64,000 nucleotides of DNA from Octopus sinensis (taxonomy: Eukaryota): NCBI RefSeq assembly GCF_006345805.1, contig NC_042998.1, positions 40,672,001 through 40,736,000 on the forward strand, written 5' to 3'. The notes under the pieces were generated by a model, which ran no database searches, was not told the DNA's origin, and saw nothing but the letters and a program-made list of their open reading frames with translations. How positions within the stretch are numbered: position 1 is the stretch's first letter; each line of letters starts with the position of its first letter. The translations under genes were made by a program, and so were the position numbers. Shown one piece after another: positions 50,590-64,000 of the stretch.

Positions 50590-51302
50590 TGTTTTGTACA
50601 TGTATAAGATATAGAGTTAAATGTAATAAAGGCATGGAAATACATATCTATTTGTTCATGAGCATAACATTGTTCCTAATTGCTTATAATCAATGATATA
50701 ATAATGGCCACCACAACATACATGTGCACATATATGCACAATACAATTATCTATAATTGTGTAAGTATGCAAATATCAGTATGTCTATATCTATATCTTT
50801 CTATCTCTCAATATATATACATACATAAAAACAGTAAGCTGGCAGTATCATTAGCATGCTGGAAAAAATGCTTAGCAGCATTTTGTCCATTCTGAGTTCA
50901 AATTCTAGCAAGGTTAACTTTGCTTTCAGCCTTTCAGAGTCAATAAAATAAGTACTAATTGAGCAGTAGGGTACGTTACTGATGCTAGTTCTGGTTGTAT
51001 CTTCATCAATGCATTCAGTTTCCAAAAAATCAATTGTGTGATGATATGATATGTATATTATTTCAATAGATGTGTCTCAAACTGCCTTCTTTATTTAGTT
51101 AATCTACATATTATTATATGTATATTTATATATTCCCCATATAGATTAAAATATTGTTACTTGGATTTCATGGCCTCAATATTTTCCCAAGCAGTCAGCA
51201 AACACTATATCACATAAGAAAACATCTAGCATGGGAAACTCTGAGTTATGATGTTATAACCTATACAAAGGAAATTTACGCGCACACACACACATACACA
51301 CA

Positions 51303-51535
51303 CATGAGGTCTGATCAATAAGTATCCAGACTGTTGCCGTAGTAACAAAGCTAAAGTACACAGAGTAAAGCTGCTTGACAAATATTGACCATGAACTCTG
51401 CTGTGCATGTACACTAAGTTTTAACGTCCTAGCTCAATTCTGCTGTTTACAGCAGTACTTGGAAGGAAGGTGTGTAGCGTGTGATCATTGCATTGACCAT
51501 GATAGAGAAAGTTGAGCAAAAAATATGTGTCAAAA
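51303..51535 (+). mobile_element. Mariner 5' end fragment
   Basis: TIR-like catgaggtctgatcaataagtatccagactg, followed later by a start-like atgatagagaaagttgagcaa (M.EKVEQ). Confidence 0.65.
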
Positions 51536-51539
51536 CTAG

Positions 51540-52535
51540 TGCAATCTTCTCTCTTGTACACCACATCTAATTCCAAACTTTTCTCTCAAAACAATTGAGT
51601 TCTGTCCCACATGTACACTGACATTGCACATCCAGCAGAGCATACTAGCTTTGTTCTACTGTAGTCTTCGCATGTCCTCTGCATTCAGGGCCCACATTTC
51701 ACTACCATGATGTGGCATTGTTGTTCATACTCATGCATCATACCATCTTTCTTTCAGTCAGAGAAAGAGACATTTTGTTACCAACAGAGATAAAAGCTCT
51801 CTGAATTTTCTCTTCTATTCTACCTGTGTTCTAGCAGTTACATTTTTGGAACATTCTTCTCTACTGCTAACTAGGTCAACTAGGCAGCAGAAATTATCTA
51901 CTACCACTAGAAAGTCACCGAAGCATTTAAGCGAATCAATTTTCTGTGTATCTGTAAACTTTATGGCTCCTGTACATCTACCACATACAAACACTACTTC
52001 CTCTGTTAACCTTCCTATTATTCCACTGCACTATCTGCACAAGATACACCTTATGGAATTCCTGCCCATATTTTTCCCACATACCAAGCAGCCATTTACC
52101 TGGAATGGGTAGGATCCTGTCTGTTTTCCTGCTTTCTAGAACCTTGGTTTTCGCTAAGTTAATTTTAAGGCTCTTCAACTCTAGGTTTTTCTTCCATGCC
52201 TGAAATTCCTTTTCTATCTTTGTTATGAGAACGAGATCAACATATATTAGTTCCCAAGGGCAGCCAGTCTTGAATTCCACTGTTATGGCCTGGAGAACAA
52301 TGATGAATAGGAGTGGGACAGAGAACCGAACCCTGATGAATGCCTAACTGGACTCTAAATTCATCACTGTACTCATTAACTCTCACCTTACTGACAAAAC
52401 ATGGCCTGTACAGCTTTCATCAGCCACTCTTCAACCCCTAGCTTCCTCAGAGCTCATCATCTCACACAGTGGGGTACTCTGTTGAAGGCTTTCTCCAAGT
52501 CAACAAACACCAAGTACAATGGTTTATTCTTAGTG
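51540..52535 (-). mobile_element. RTE LINE RT region (degenerate)
   Basis: ORF 51978..52280 has PWELIYVDLVLI...SLKINLAKTKVL; it is homologous to 33860-35065. Confidence 0.85.
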
Positions 52536-53362
52536 AGTGCTCTTTTCTGATTCCTATAAATTCTTTTAAATCAATTATACATGTATTGTAAGGCTCAGAG
52601 AGTTACATGTTCTTATAAGCTTCACATTTTATAGGAAAATAAAAGAATACATATGTAAATAAGTGATTATATTCTTTATAGTTCATAAAAATACAAGACT
52701 ATAGGATTAAATAGCACTGGATTTTACCATAACCTGAAGATGATTTATGAAGATCTAATTCTATTATTTCATGAATAGTTCTTTGTCACAACCAACAAGT
52801 TTTCAATTTGACATTTTAGATGGCTCTGATATTTTTGATTTTGATTTTTGATTTTTTAGTTTCAGCTCATGAGCTGTGGCCATGCTGGGGCACCGATATT
52901 AAAAAATTCTGGAGTTATGTGACAGCAGCCTAGCAAATCATTACCAATGTAATATTGGGAGCCAAATGAATCAATTATATAATGGTGTCCACATGCTCAG
53001 TGTTGTATGGTATTTTAATATGCAAGTAAATAATATTCATGTTAAATCATATTTCATGTTAGTCTCTATTTAGCTTCTCATAATAAGTGGAGGTTTTTTT
53101 ATTGGTCTTTTTTTTTTCTTTTCCCAAACTATTTTTCAGTAGTTTGTGGAATACATTTCTATGAATATTTGATATTTGCTACCATCTATAGAATTAAACT
53201 ATTCTTCAATAATTATCTACCTTTTCTCTGTTCAGACCAACTAGTAATGGAATAAAGCAGGCACTGATATTTATTTAATTTTGTGAAAGTCACTGATTGT
53301 GCAATCATGATTTTAATGAAAAGTCATTGTTCTTCTAATGAATATTTTCTAGTCAGAAAAGA

Positions 53363-53420
53363 TACCACCACCACCACCACCACCACCACCACCACCACCA
53401 TCACCACCACCATCACCACT
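53363..53420. repeat. (CCA)n microsatellite
   Basis: Seen directly. Confidence 0.95.
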
Positions 53421-54948
53421 AACAAAAGATTCAACTAAACAAACAATGACAACAGAAACAATAACAACAGCAGCAACAACAACAACAATAGAAATAGTAC
53501 TATTAGAATCAGGATCAACAATAACAGAAAAAGTAACAATAGAAACAAGGAAATAATAGAATTATTGAATATTCTGTGGTGACAAAACTGTCTATTGAGG
53601 AAATGAGATGTAGAAATCAAGTTCTGAAATAGGATGAAACTATTGAGACTTATCATACATTCAGATAAACTACTGTACATTAGTGTTTCATTCATCAATA
53701 TTTATTCAAGCGTTTCACTAAATTCGAGTATATATGTACATATGTAAAAGTTTATGCTTGGGGAATTTATACTAGTAGAGATGCTGATTTATACAAATAA
53801 GCATATGTGCATACATGGCTATGTATACATGTTAAAGCTTCTGCTTCTATCTTAATCCCCCCTAGCCCTACATTAAATTTTTTATGCATTCATTTTTGTC
53901 ATTCTATTATTCCCTTCCCACCAATGCTTTCCTTCCAGCCACCAAATAAATACAATTTATATTAAGCATTAAATTACACAAACTTCAATAAATGTTGATA
54001 TTCTCCACTTGAGGAGGGTTCTTATAAAATATAGGTACTCTTTCTTTCTGTACAAGAACATATAAAAATAAATAAAAAATACAATGTCAGAAGTTTAGTG
54101 TATGTTAATATTTGTCTCAGTATGGAACATTTTCTGCTGCAGATTTATGCATGTTTTTGTATGCAAACATCTGACAGTTCAGTTTTACTCTTATTCTTTT
54201 TATATATTTCTATGTCTGACTCTCTCACAGCAGTTCAAGATTTTGCATGCAATTTTGCATTTCTTTATGTCTGTTAGTTCTCTATATATGCAGTATAATG
54301 TGAAGAGCAGATTAATATCTCAGCATGCAATATATACATAAGAAATCCTAGCTTTGTTATCAATATCAGTGACTGCACATTATTTTATACACCATTAATT
54401 TAATCTTTCCTTTTATATTTATCACCTGCCATTTCAATACTGTATCCATCAAATTGTATGATCTTATCTCAATATTTATTTAAATGTATTTTGATATGTC
54501 AACAATAGTATCTGTTAAATTTCCTCTCCAGAGCATCTGTCACTGAATCTAATGATTTCACAACCAAGTAAAAACCAACTTTGAATTAATCCATGTGGAA
54601 GGCAAAATGTAACTACCATATTTCTCAAAATTCTCTGATATAAAAGAAGCTCTCACTTACTTAAACCAAATAATATAATAATTGATTTTAAAGTAAAAGC
54701 TATTAAAAAAATTCCTGGTAGTATCTTAACCCCATTAGAAAGGATTGCTGAATTTGGTTGAACTATTCTCTCCTTATTTAAAGTCCTAACTGAATTTGCT
54801 CTCTTTCCCACTAATATCATGAAACAATATGTTTTAACTCCAGTAATAAAGAGATAATGAAACACTGAAGCTAATAATGTGTAATACAGTAAAGAAATGA
54901 ACATAGGATACTTAGCATCAGCAAAGATGGCTGCAGAGAAAGCAGAGG

Positions 54949-56185
54949 TAGGGAGTGTTCATTAAAGATTTCCCCTGACCCACTTCCCAAGGACTGGGAT
55001 AAACGAAACTTGGCATAATTATTACTCCTTCTCTACATAACCACCACCACTGGTGACACACTTCTCCCATTGTTATATGCAGTTGTGTAGAAGTTGGTAG
55101 GTTGCATCTGGAGCCTAGACTTTACCTCAGAAATAAGTTCATCATCATCCAAAAAGTGCTTCATGGTTGGAAAGTGGTGGAAGTCAGATGGTGCAAGGTC
55201 TGGAGAGTAAGGGGGATGAGAAAGGATTTCATAGCCACAGACATGTTCTTTCATCTGGACAACATGTGCATTGTGAACTGGAGCATTGTCTTGGAGTAGG
55301 CAAGCCACGCCTCTCTGCTTTAATGGCATCCCACAGTACCAGCAGAGAAGCATAATATGCCCCATTAATTGTGGTGCCCTTCACCAGAAAATCCAACATC
55401 ACTACTCCATACTGGTACCAAAAGACTGTGAGCATCACCTTACCTGCAGAGGGTTGGACATGAGCCTTCTTTGGAGGTGGTAAGTTATCATGCTTCCATT
55501 GCTTCAACTGGACTTTAGTCTCAGGATCATAGTGATGGGTTCATGTTTCATCCTGTGTTTTAGTCTGCTGAAAAAATCCTCCTCATTTTCTTGGCACATT
55601 GCCAAAAGAGCTTGGAAGCAATTGATTTGTTCTTGCTTCTGAAAAGGTGAGAGCATCCAAGGAATCCATTGTGCAGACAACTTCTGCATGTGCAAATGGT
55701 CATGAATGATTTTTTTTTCAAGGACCTTACTCTTATCTTCCCTTCTTGGGGGCTAGTTGCAGAAAAGCTATGTGGCAATCCTCTGAAATGGTGACTTCCA
55801 CTTAATGGATGGTGTCATCATCAATGGCGAAATGTGGTTGTCCAGGAATAGCAGCAGTTTCCACTGATGTCTGATCACATTTGAACTCGTGATGCCAGTG
55901 CTTGACTACATCATATGATGGTGCATCGTCACCATGAACTTCTTTCAACTCATCGAAAATTTCTTTTGGTGTACAATCTTTTGAGTATAAGAACCTAATT
56001 ACTGATCTGCATTCAACTACCTCCATTATAACACCTTAATCCACTTCAGCAGCCATAAAAGACAAAGTGGAAAGCTGCATTTTACAATGTGACATATAGA
56101 AACATGTATAATTATACCTGTACAAGTTCATTTCCTGCAATAACCTGAAGTGGATCAGGGAAAATCTTTAATGAACACCCCTTGA
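54949..56185 (-). mobile_element. Near full-length mariner transposon, inactive
   Basis: TIRs are g(a/g)gtgttcattaaagatt(t)ccctga(c/t)ccactt at both ends. Fragments read CRSVIRFL...EIFDELKEVHGDDAPSYDVVKHW (HTH), GKVMLTVFW, LLQDNAPVH and HPPYSPDLAPSDFH. Confidence 0.92.
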
Positions 56186-56268
56186 AATACTTATCCCCAC
56201 TTAAACATGAATGTTCTGTTAGAAGAAACTGTATTGTGGTAGTTACCATGAGAGAAATTTTCATATTG

Positions 56269-56501
56269 AAAGGCAGTGAGCTGGTAGAAACGTTTGCACA
56301 CCGGGCGAAATGCTTAGCATTATTTTGTCTGCCGTTTTGTATGAGATCAAACTCCACCGAGCTTGACTTTGCCTTTCGTCTTTTGGGGTCGATAAATTAA
56401 GTACCAGTTACGCACTGGGGTCGATCACATTGACTTAATCCCTTTGTCTATCCTTGTTTTTTCCCCTCTATGTTTAGTCCCTTGTGGGCAGTAAAGAAAT
56501 A
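56269..56501 (+). mobile_element. Full-length family B SINE with 16-bp TSD
   Basis: TSD agaaa(t/c)tttcatattg at 56253-56268 and 56502-56517. Confidence 0.92.
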
Positions 56502-56829
56502 AGAAACTTTCATATTGGCTTTTGGTGTAAAATGCACTCTTGTTTATTTCACTACCAGTGTTGAGACCACCAGATCACGTGATTTTGACCTTGCTTGATC
56601 TTGTCAATGATGGATGCTCATCTGCTAAAGATAGCAGCAGCTCATCCTGTCACCAGTGATATAAAGAAAAACAGTATCAGAACAGGCACTGGTGTCACAA
56701 CTAGTCAGTTAGCTTGTTAAAATGCTGCCTCTATCACTATATATTTTTTAACAAGCAGAGGTTATGTTCATCATCATCATTTGTGTCTATACACTTATAC
56801 ACATCCACTATTTTGGAGACAGGGTCGAT

Positions 56830-57485
56830 CATCCAGTGTTTTAAATCTTGGTTTTGTCCCCATTAATGGGGGTGGCCGGATCTACCTCAATGCCAAAGCA
56901 ACTTCCCTCACACCATCTTGCCATCTTGCCTGGCTTTGGGTGTTCTCCTTTTTCAAACCAACCCACCCAATCTCCTCTACCTTTCTATCTCACTTTCGCA
57001 TTCCATTTACCTCAAACACAATCACCCTCCTCAGACATGCTCTTCATCCCTCCTCAACACATGCCCATACCACCTCATTCCATTTGCCCTTGCCAACCAT
57101 TCCACTGATTCCTCCAGCCCCAGCATTCCCATCATATCCCCAGTCCTCCTCTTATCAAAGAGCTTCACCAAACACATTTCTCTCACCATTGCTCTCTCAG
57201 TCCTACTCGAAATTACCATCTCTCTCTACCTCAGACACCATGTCTCACTCCCATACAGCATTGCAGCTCCCATACAACTCTTATAGACCCTTCCTTTCAT
57301 CTTTAATGAGAACCTTTTCCCATATAACAATGCTCCACATTCCCTGAACTTTATGCAGCCAAGTCTAGCTCTTGCTGTCACAGTTACTTCACATCCCTCA
57401 CTTACATCCACCCTATCTCCCAAATAACAAAACCTTCTCACCATTTCCACCTCATTACATAGTGTTTCTACCAGCCCTCCAGCTC
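56830..57485 (-). mobile_element. RTE LINE 3' fragment
   Basis: FCYLGDRV...KGRVYKSC..AAMLYGSETWCLR; MRWYGHVLRRDE. Confidence 0.9.
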
Positions 57486-57489
57486 CTTT

Positions 57490-57685
57490 TGGGGAAGGAT
57501 TTAAGTCAATTAAAGTTTTGGGGAATGATTTAAGTCAATTACATCGACTGCAGTTCTCAACTGGTACTTATTTTATCAAAAGAATCAAAGGCAAAGTGGA
57601 CCTTGGCAGAATTTGAACTCAGAATATAAAACAGATGAAATGCCACTAAGTATCTCGCCTGGCATTCTAATATTCTGTCAGCTTG
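57490..57685 (-). mobile_element. Family B SINE fragment
   Basis: aactggtacttattttatc...ggcaaagtggaccttggcagaatttgaactcagaa. Confidence 0.8.
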
Positions 57686-58419
57686 CCTTACCTTATATAT
57701 ATATTAACGTGTACGGTACCATATATCCACTATGGATGATTTTTACTAACTGGTTTTGCACTGGGTATTAAACCAGCTGTTAGATAACAACATGGTTAAG
57801 AAGTAGCATGTGCTTGTCAGAGCTAGCAGATATGGAAAAGTATACTAACTGCTCTCTGTTATTTGTGATGAAAAAATACATCTGGTTTGTAGGTGCTGTG
57901 AAAAATGTCATAACAAACTGAGCAAGGGTTATGTTGAGAGTTACATCCCTTGATTCCAAAAGTCTTTGAGATGTCAATCTACAAGAATTTTCTGAAAATG
58001 CATGTTGGGGTTAGGGGTTGGTATTTGTATAGGGTTGGACTATGTGTAGGGGTATTATATGAAGAAGGTTTTGGTGGGAAATGGGGGTGCTGGATAGTTG
58101 TCCAAATTCTTAAGCCCATGTTTGGGTACATATGTGTCTGTGCTTGTTTGTAAATGTTTTCATTAAACTCTTTGCTACATTCTCAGGATATGATGGTGAA
58201 AGAGCCAGATGTGGAGAACTGGTGATTATAGTTATGGTGGGGCTCATAGATACAATAAAATATATCTTCTTTCAAGTAGGCAAGTGCTAAAGATATCACT
58301 TCTGCAGTTGAGGTAGATGTTTGGATACTGAGAGATTTTTAATATTGTTCTTTCCTCAGCTAAACATAATCTGCATTTTCTGCTGCTATTAAAATATGCT
58401 CTACACTTCTCTGAGATGT

Positions 58420-58760
58420 TCCACTTTATCTCTTACCCATGGTACTTTCTTTTAATGATCAAAGATGCCTGGCTGAGGCCATGGTATTTCATCTCTCCAA
58501 GATATTGAAAGAGACTTATGGTTATTGAATCTGATCCCAAAGAGACCCTCTATTACTCTCACATACTTCTGCATGTTTGGTTGCTCATTTTTGGCTTTTG
58601 ACATTACCTCTGTCTCATATATAACTGTTTCTGCATTACAGTGGCTATTAAATGGACATATGGTGTTACCTCTACATGAGCGCCCTGCCTCTGTCTTAGG
58701 TGTAGGCCTATCAACTAATATCTTCCTTTACATTAGGTGCACTGTTAAAGAAAACTCTTA
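58420..58760 (-). mobile_element. Penelope-like GIY-YIG endonuclease remnant
   Basis: The minus strand reads SAPNVK...PFNSHCNAETVIYETEV...KYVRVIEGLFGIRFNNHK, matching the PLE pattern CPL.G.C....VIY...YIG.TEG.FK.R..NHK. Confidence 0.7.
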
Positions 58761-59289
58761 AGCTGTGCATATTAAAAATTTTACTGAACCTATTTGCATG
58801 GGGAAAGTGTTTATTCATTAAACCAAGAAAAATTCTACCCACACAAATTTTTACACTTAAGTTGAAGTGGGAGATGAACTACAACACTTGTAGGGATTGT
58901 CAATGGAGTTTCAACCAATGGAGTTTCATCTATGGATGATGATGACAACACTTTCTGGTGGTGTTTTCTCTTGGAGGGGTTAGACTCCAACAAATAATTA
59001 ATTTTATCCTTAAAAGTGCTGGCAGCCAGTGCTTCATTGTAGTATAGGATAGTTTCATCAAAAATCTCTTTACTTGAAAATAGGTTGGAGGTTCATTTGC
59101 TGACTTCTTTTACCAAGTTTCTGAACACAATGGCTGGATGACAGGAAGTTGTGTGTTTGTGTGAGAGTGTGTGTGTGTATGCACATGTGTGCATATATGT
59201 GCGTGTGTGCATGTGCATGCATGTGTGCATGTGTGGTGGAGGTGGTGGTGGTGGTGGTGGTGTGTGTGTGTGTATGCGTTCTTAGTAAA

Positions 59290-59945
59290 CAGGAAAATAA
59301 ACAATACACTTATCTCTTCAGGAAAAAAGATCTTAGAAAAGATGTATGCAGAAATTTCATACTGTATGCCCAGAACAAACTATGGACACACAAGAAATAC
59401 AGAGGAATCACAGGAAGATTAATAGAGGAAATAGATTTTGTTTGAGGCAGATGCACATGACTAAGAATACATGGGAAACAGATTTTCGTGAATCCCCAGG
59501 AAGACCTTTAGAGGTAGTAGATAGTTTATGTTACCTAGATGATCTAATCAGCAGTGGAGGAAAGTATAGTTGGTAGAATATGAACCAGCTGGAGAAAATA
59601 CAGAGGGCTATATCCTCTGTTGGCAACAAAAGGTGCCTCTCTTAGAGTGAAAGGCAGATTGTATGACACTTGTGTACAGCAATGCTATATAGTGAAATGT
59701 GAGGATATAGTAGTGAAATGCTGAGGATATGTGAAGATTGGAAAGAATGAAGCCAGCTTGCTCTACTGGATGTGCAAAGTAATTATGCACATCTGACAAA
59801 GTGAAAATGTATTGAGAGAAAAATTGGGCATAAGAGGTATCAGATTTTGTGTCCAAAAGAGAAGACTGCACAGGCTCATGACGCACTGGGATGACAGCTG
59901 TATAAAGAAGTGTTGATTGCTCAATGTGGAAGGAACTCTTGATAA
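59290..59945 (+). mobile_element. RTE LINE fragment
   Basis: LEVVDSLCYLDDLISSGG and ASLRVKGRLYDTC remnants. Confidence 0.8.
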
Positions 59946-60385
59946 GGTGGAATTAGTAATTGAAACAGAACACTGTGCTTGGGGTATATTGATATAATTT
60001 TAATATTAATGTAATATTTGTACTGCCAATTTTTTATCAGCTCTACTTTAGATCATTGGTTATTAATACATGAGGATATATTAAAAGATCTACTGAGAAG
60101 TGTATGTTTTAAGCCTGTAGAGCTGCCTCTAAGTATAGAACCTATTATAGATAAGTAGCATACATATAATATATTCCATGTTTGTTGCTTGTAAGATTCA
60201 AGTGCCAAACAGCACCAATTGTTGGTAAAATAGTAAAAAAAATGTTTACAGTTGCATTTAAAAGACAACTTTTTCCTTCAATGATCACAAGGCCATGTTT
60301 GAAATAAATTGTAATATATCTCAAAATTAACATTAATATTTTCTACTCTAATTTACATATATTTCCAGGTATATGCACAAACATG

Positions 60386-60419
<34 letters not shown>

Positions 60420-60499
60420 TGCACACACGCGTGCACACACACACACACACGCATGCACACACACATGCACACATGCATGTGAACACACACACACACATG

Positions 60500-63260
60500 A
60501 CAGTTTCTGAGTTAATTGAAAATTGTCAAATTTTCAATTTTCACATACATTTGAAATGGTGCATTTTTCACATATTAAAGAATTCCAAATTTTTTTCTAA
60601 CAGATGCAGAATCTCTTAATTGAACTGTTTCAGCATGATGAAATACGACATTAATTTGGATGGAATGAGGCAAAATTCCAAATTTGAAACAGGTATGGAA
60701 TCAGTGAAAATTGTGAATGTTTACATGAAATATGTTGAAAATTATCTATTCTAAATAAATAACAATAGAAATAATTTTAAAGAAATATGAAACTTGTTAA
60801 AAATGGAGAAATAGACAAAATTTCATATTCCTGCAAGGTGTGCTTATGATGAAAATGATGCAATTTTATAGCATTAAGAATTTGAATTTATATATTCTGT
60901 TAGATTCATGGAATCTTAAGTTGAGAAGTGGAGTATTTCTATGTTTGTGTGTATCTGAGTGAATAATTCTGATGAAATATATATTAAGTTGCATGGAATG
61001 AGGCAAAATTCCAAAATTCTAACAGTTATGGGATTAGTGTAAATGGTGAAATTTTATATCATTAATCTGAAAAGCATTGATTCTAACAAATGCAAAATCC
61101 TTTATGTAAAATACACAAACCTTGTATGGGTTTAATAAAATGAATAATTATTAAAATATTTGACACCTTATAAGTAGATTGAAAATGAACAAAATTTTAT
61201 ATTTTTGTCTGGTTAACTGGAAATGGTGCATTTTCATATATTAAAGCAGTTGAAAATTTTCTAGTTTTCTAGGTGGAGTTTCTCTTGATTGAACTGTTTC
61301 AACAGATTTGAGTGAAACCAAGTGAATCAATCTGATGAAATTCAACATTGAGATGAATGGAGTGAGACATAATTCCAATTTATTAGCTGGTATAGCATAG
61401 AAATGGTTCATTTTAACATATTAAAGAATTTCAAATATTATCATTATATTATGCTGTAAATCTCTTATGAAAGCTATTTCAGTATAATTATGTGTTAACA
61501 AGTGAATGGTTTGTGATGAAATTTGACAATTGGGTGGAATGAGATATAATTCCAAATTTCAAGCAGATTACACATAGAGTAAAAATGGCACATATCCACA
61601 CATTAAAGAATTTTCAATCTTTTTTTTTCTTCTAAAATGTTCAGAATTTCTAATGAAAATTATTTCAGTATTATTGAATGCAAACAAGTGATTCTGATCA
61701 AATTTGACAATGAGTTAGATGGAATGATGAAAATACTGAATTTTCACATTGAAAAAGTGGAAAATAATCTCTTCTAATGAATGCAGTATTTCTTAAGTAT
61801 TAAAGTTGAGGTGTAATATGAATAGTTTTAAAGATATTAAATATTTTTCATCTGGGATATAAATGGTCACAATTTCATTTTTCTGTCTGGTAATACTTAT
61901 TGTGGAAATAGTACATTCCCAGATATTGTTGAAATGTTTTTACTCTAACTACTCTAGCAGGCTCAGAGACTCTTAAGTGAACTATTTACAGCATATTATG
62001 AAGAATTTTAATAAAATTGAGACTTTTTATATAGGATAAGATGATGCATTATTCCAATTTTCTAACATGTACAAGATCAGTAAAGGTAGTGGAAGTTTAC
62101 AAAATATGAAAATTATTTATTCTAGCATATCTCAAATGTCTTAAGCGAAATATATCATCCCTTTTAGATGCATCATAATAAGCAACTATAGAGATAGTCA
62201 ATGCATTATAAATTAGATGAAAATGGCTAAAATGCCATTATTTAATGGTACAGAGGAAATGGTGAATTTTCACGCTTTACAGTAAGTGAAATTGTTCTAT
62301 TCTAGTGTGTGCAGATGTCCTTATATTAACAATTTCAGTCTTCTTGGGTACCTCAAATGAATAATTCTAATAAACTATAGTATTTCCAAAGTTGGTGGAA
62401 CATCCAAAATTTCCTATTTCCACTAGGTGGAACCTGAATTTCACAAATTAAATTAGTTACTTTCTTTTTTAATTATGACAGGTACTGAAACTTTTATATG
62501 AGCAATTTCAGTATATCTGAGAGCCATCAACTGTGTTATTCTAGAATAATTTTAAAGATATATGACATTTTATGAGTTGGATAATTTTTTTGCTAAGTAT
62601 GCATATAGTGGAAATGGTATGTATTCATGTATTAACCATTACTGCAATGGTTAAATTTTTGCATACTAATGTGCAGATAGAGAATTAATTTGTTGAAATT
62701 GGCTGAAATTGATATCATCAAGTTGTCAAAAAATATGTGTACTACATCATATGAAATTTGGAGAATTCTGGAAAGTACCTCACAATCAAAAACAGGTTAA
62801 CTTGGTTCCTGCATCTCAGTGCATGCATAGAACTGAGTGTCCTTGGTTCTCATGCAGTAAAGTTTAAAGAAATTGCAATATCTTTTTATTTTAATAGATG
62901 CCTAACCTCCTGAGAGATATATTACAGCATGCTTGGGTGAAATCAAGTGAATAATTCTAATAGAGTTTGATTATATGTTAGATGAGTTAAATTTCCAAAC
63001 TTTTAACAAGCATTAAACCAGAGACTTTTCACTAAGAATTATCTGTTCTAACAAATGCTGGTTCTCTTGAATGAGTAAAGTCAGGTAAGAATAATTTTAA
63101 AGAAATATGAGACTGTCTGAGTGAATGAAATGATCGAAATTTTATATTTCAGCCAGCTATATGGTGGAAATAATGCATTTTCACACATTAAACTTCCTGT
63201 AATTTATTTGCTCTATTGGGTTCAGAACCTCTTTTGTAAACCAATCCAACGTTTTAACAA
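60500..63260. repeat. Highly diverged ~180-bp tandem array, about 15 units
   Basis: The recurring motif gaaatggt..attt.cacatattaaagaatt appears at 60553, 61220, 61400, ~61582, 61905, 62256, 62611 and 63167. Companion motifs aagtgaataattctgatgaaa and ggaatgag..aaattccaa recur with the same spacing. Confidence 0.8.
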
Positions 63261-63639
63261 AATAAGGCAGAGTTCCAAATTTCTAGCATTTATATGGAAG
63301 GAGATGATTGAGGAAAATAGTGTGAACAAAGAAGGGAGGATAATGAGTATAAGAAATAGAAGTAGTTCCAAGGTGGTGAGGAGGTTACTGCTAGTGCAAA
63401 GAAAAAAGGAGTAATATTTGCTGATATTGCCCTCAAGAGATTATGGCCACCAAGTAGTGCCATGGATAAAAGAATGATGGAGGGCAGGTTGTTAGGGGAA
63501 TGAGATGTGGGAAATGCTTGAAGGGCAGAATGAGTTATGATCATAAACAGAATGCTTTAAGGAAATCATTTTTACTTTGGTAGACAGGTCTTCTTGGGCA
63601 CAGTGAATTGCTAATCATCTCAGTGTTTTATCACTTCTT

Positions 63640-64000
63640 CCATAAGGCTCAGAATCTTCAGGTCAGCTTTCACTACTCTTTCTCATGTCTTCCTAGGACT
63701 CCCTCTTCTACAAATTCCATCCACTTTGAGCAATTGGCTCTTTTTTATGCAGCTGTCCTCATTTATGTGCATTACATGATCAACCCAGTGGAGATTTTTT
63801 CTTGCACACTACATCTAATTCCTCTTATGCTCAATTTTCAACATGACATTGCACATCCATTGAAACATATTAATTTCATTCCTCTCTAGTCTTCACATGT
63901 CCCCTACATTCAAGTGTCTATGTTTCACTGCCATGTAGCATAGCTGTTCATACACAGGCATCATACAATCTTTCACAGAGAGAGAAAGGGAGAAGAGAGA
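63640..64000 (-). mobile_element. RTE LINE 3' fragment, truncated by the window end
   Basis: Homologous to 33860-34210 (ttgagcaa.tggc...ctacatct.at...cattgcacatcca...gccatgtagcat). Confidence 0.8.

Overview
AT-rich eukaryotic DNA, not prokaryotic. The very dense (TA)n/(CA)n/(TACA)n microsatellites and the SINE, RTE, Penelope and mariner families look like a coleoid cephalopod (Octopus-like) genome. This assignment comes from recognising repeat families, not from a search. Most ORFs in the supplied track are microsatellite read-through or decayed transposon fragments. No intact protein-coding gene could be identified with confidence; only short splice-site-bounded exon candidates were seen on both strands. 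Recognisable content includes RTE, CR1/jockey-like, R4/Dong-like and Hero-like LINE remnants, Penelope-like element (PLE) remnants, tRNA-derived SINEs, mariner and maT-like Tc1/mariner elements, and pogo-, piggyBac- and Helitron-type non-autonomous elements. The most notable unexplained structures are four decayed minimal hammerhead-ribozyme-like motifs (one just downstream of a tRNA-like Pol III cassette), a highly diverged ~180-bp tandem array of about 15 units (60.5-63.3 kb), three long hairpins/palindromes, and several local duplications. Repeat boundaries are approximate unless TIRs or TSDs are quoted.
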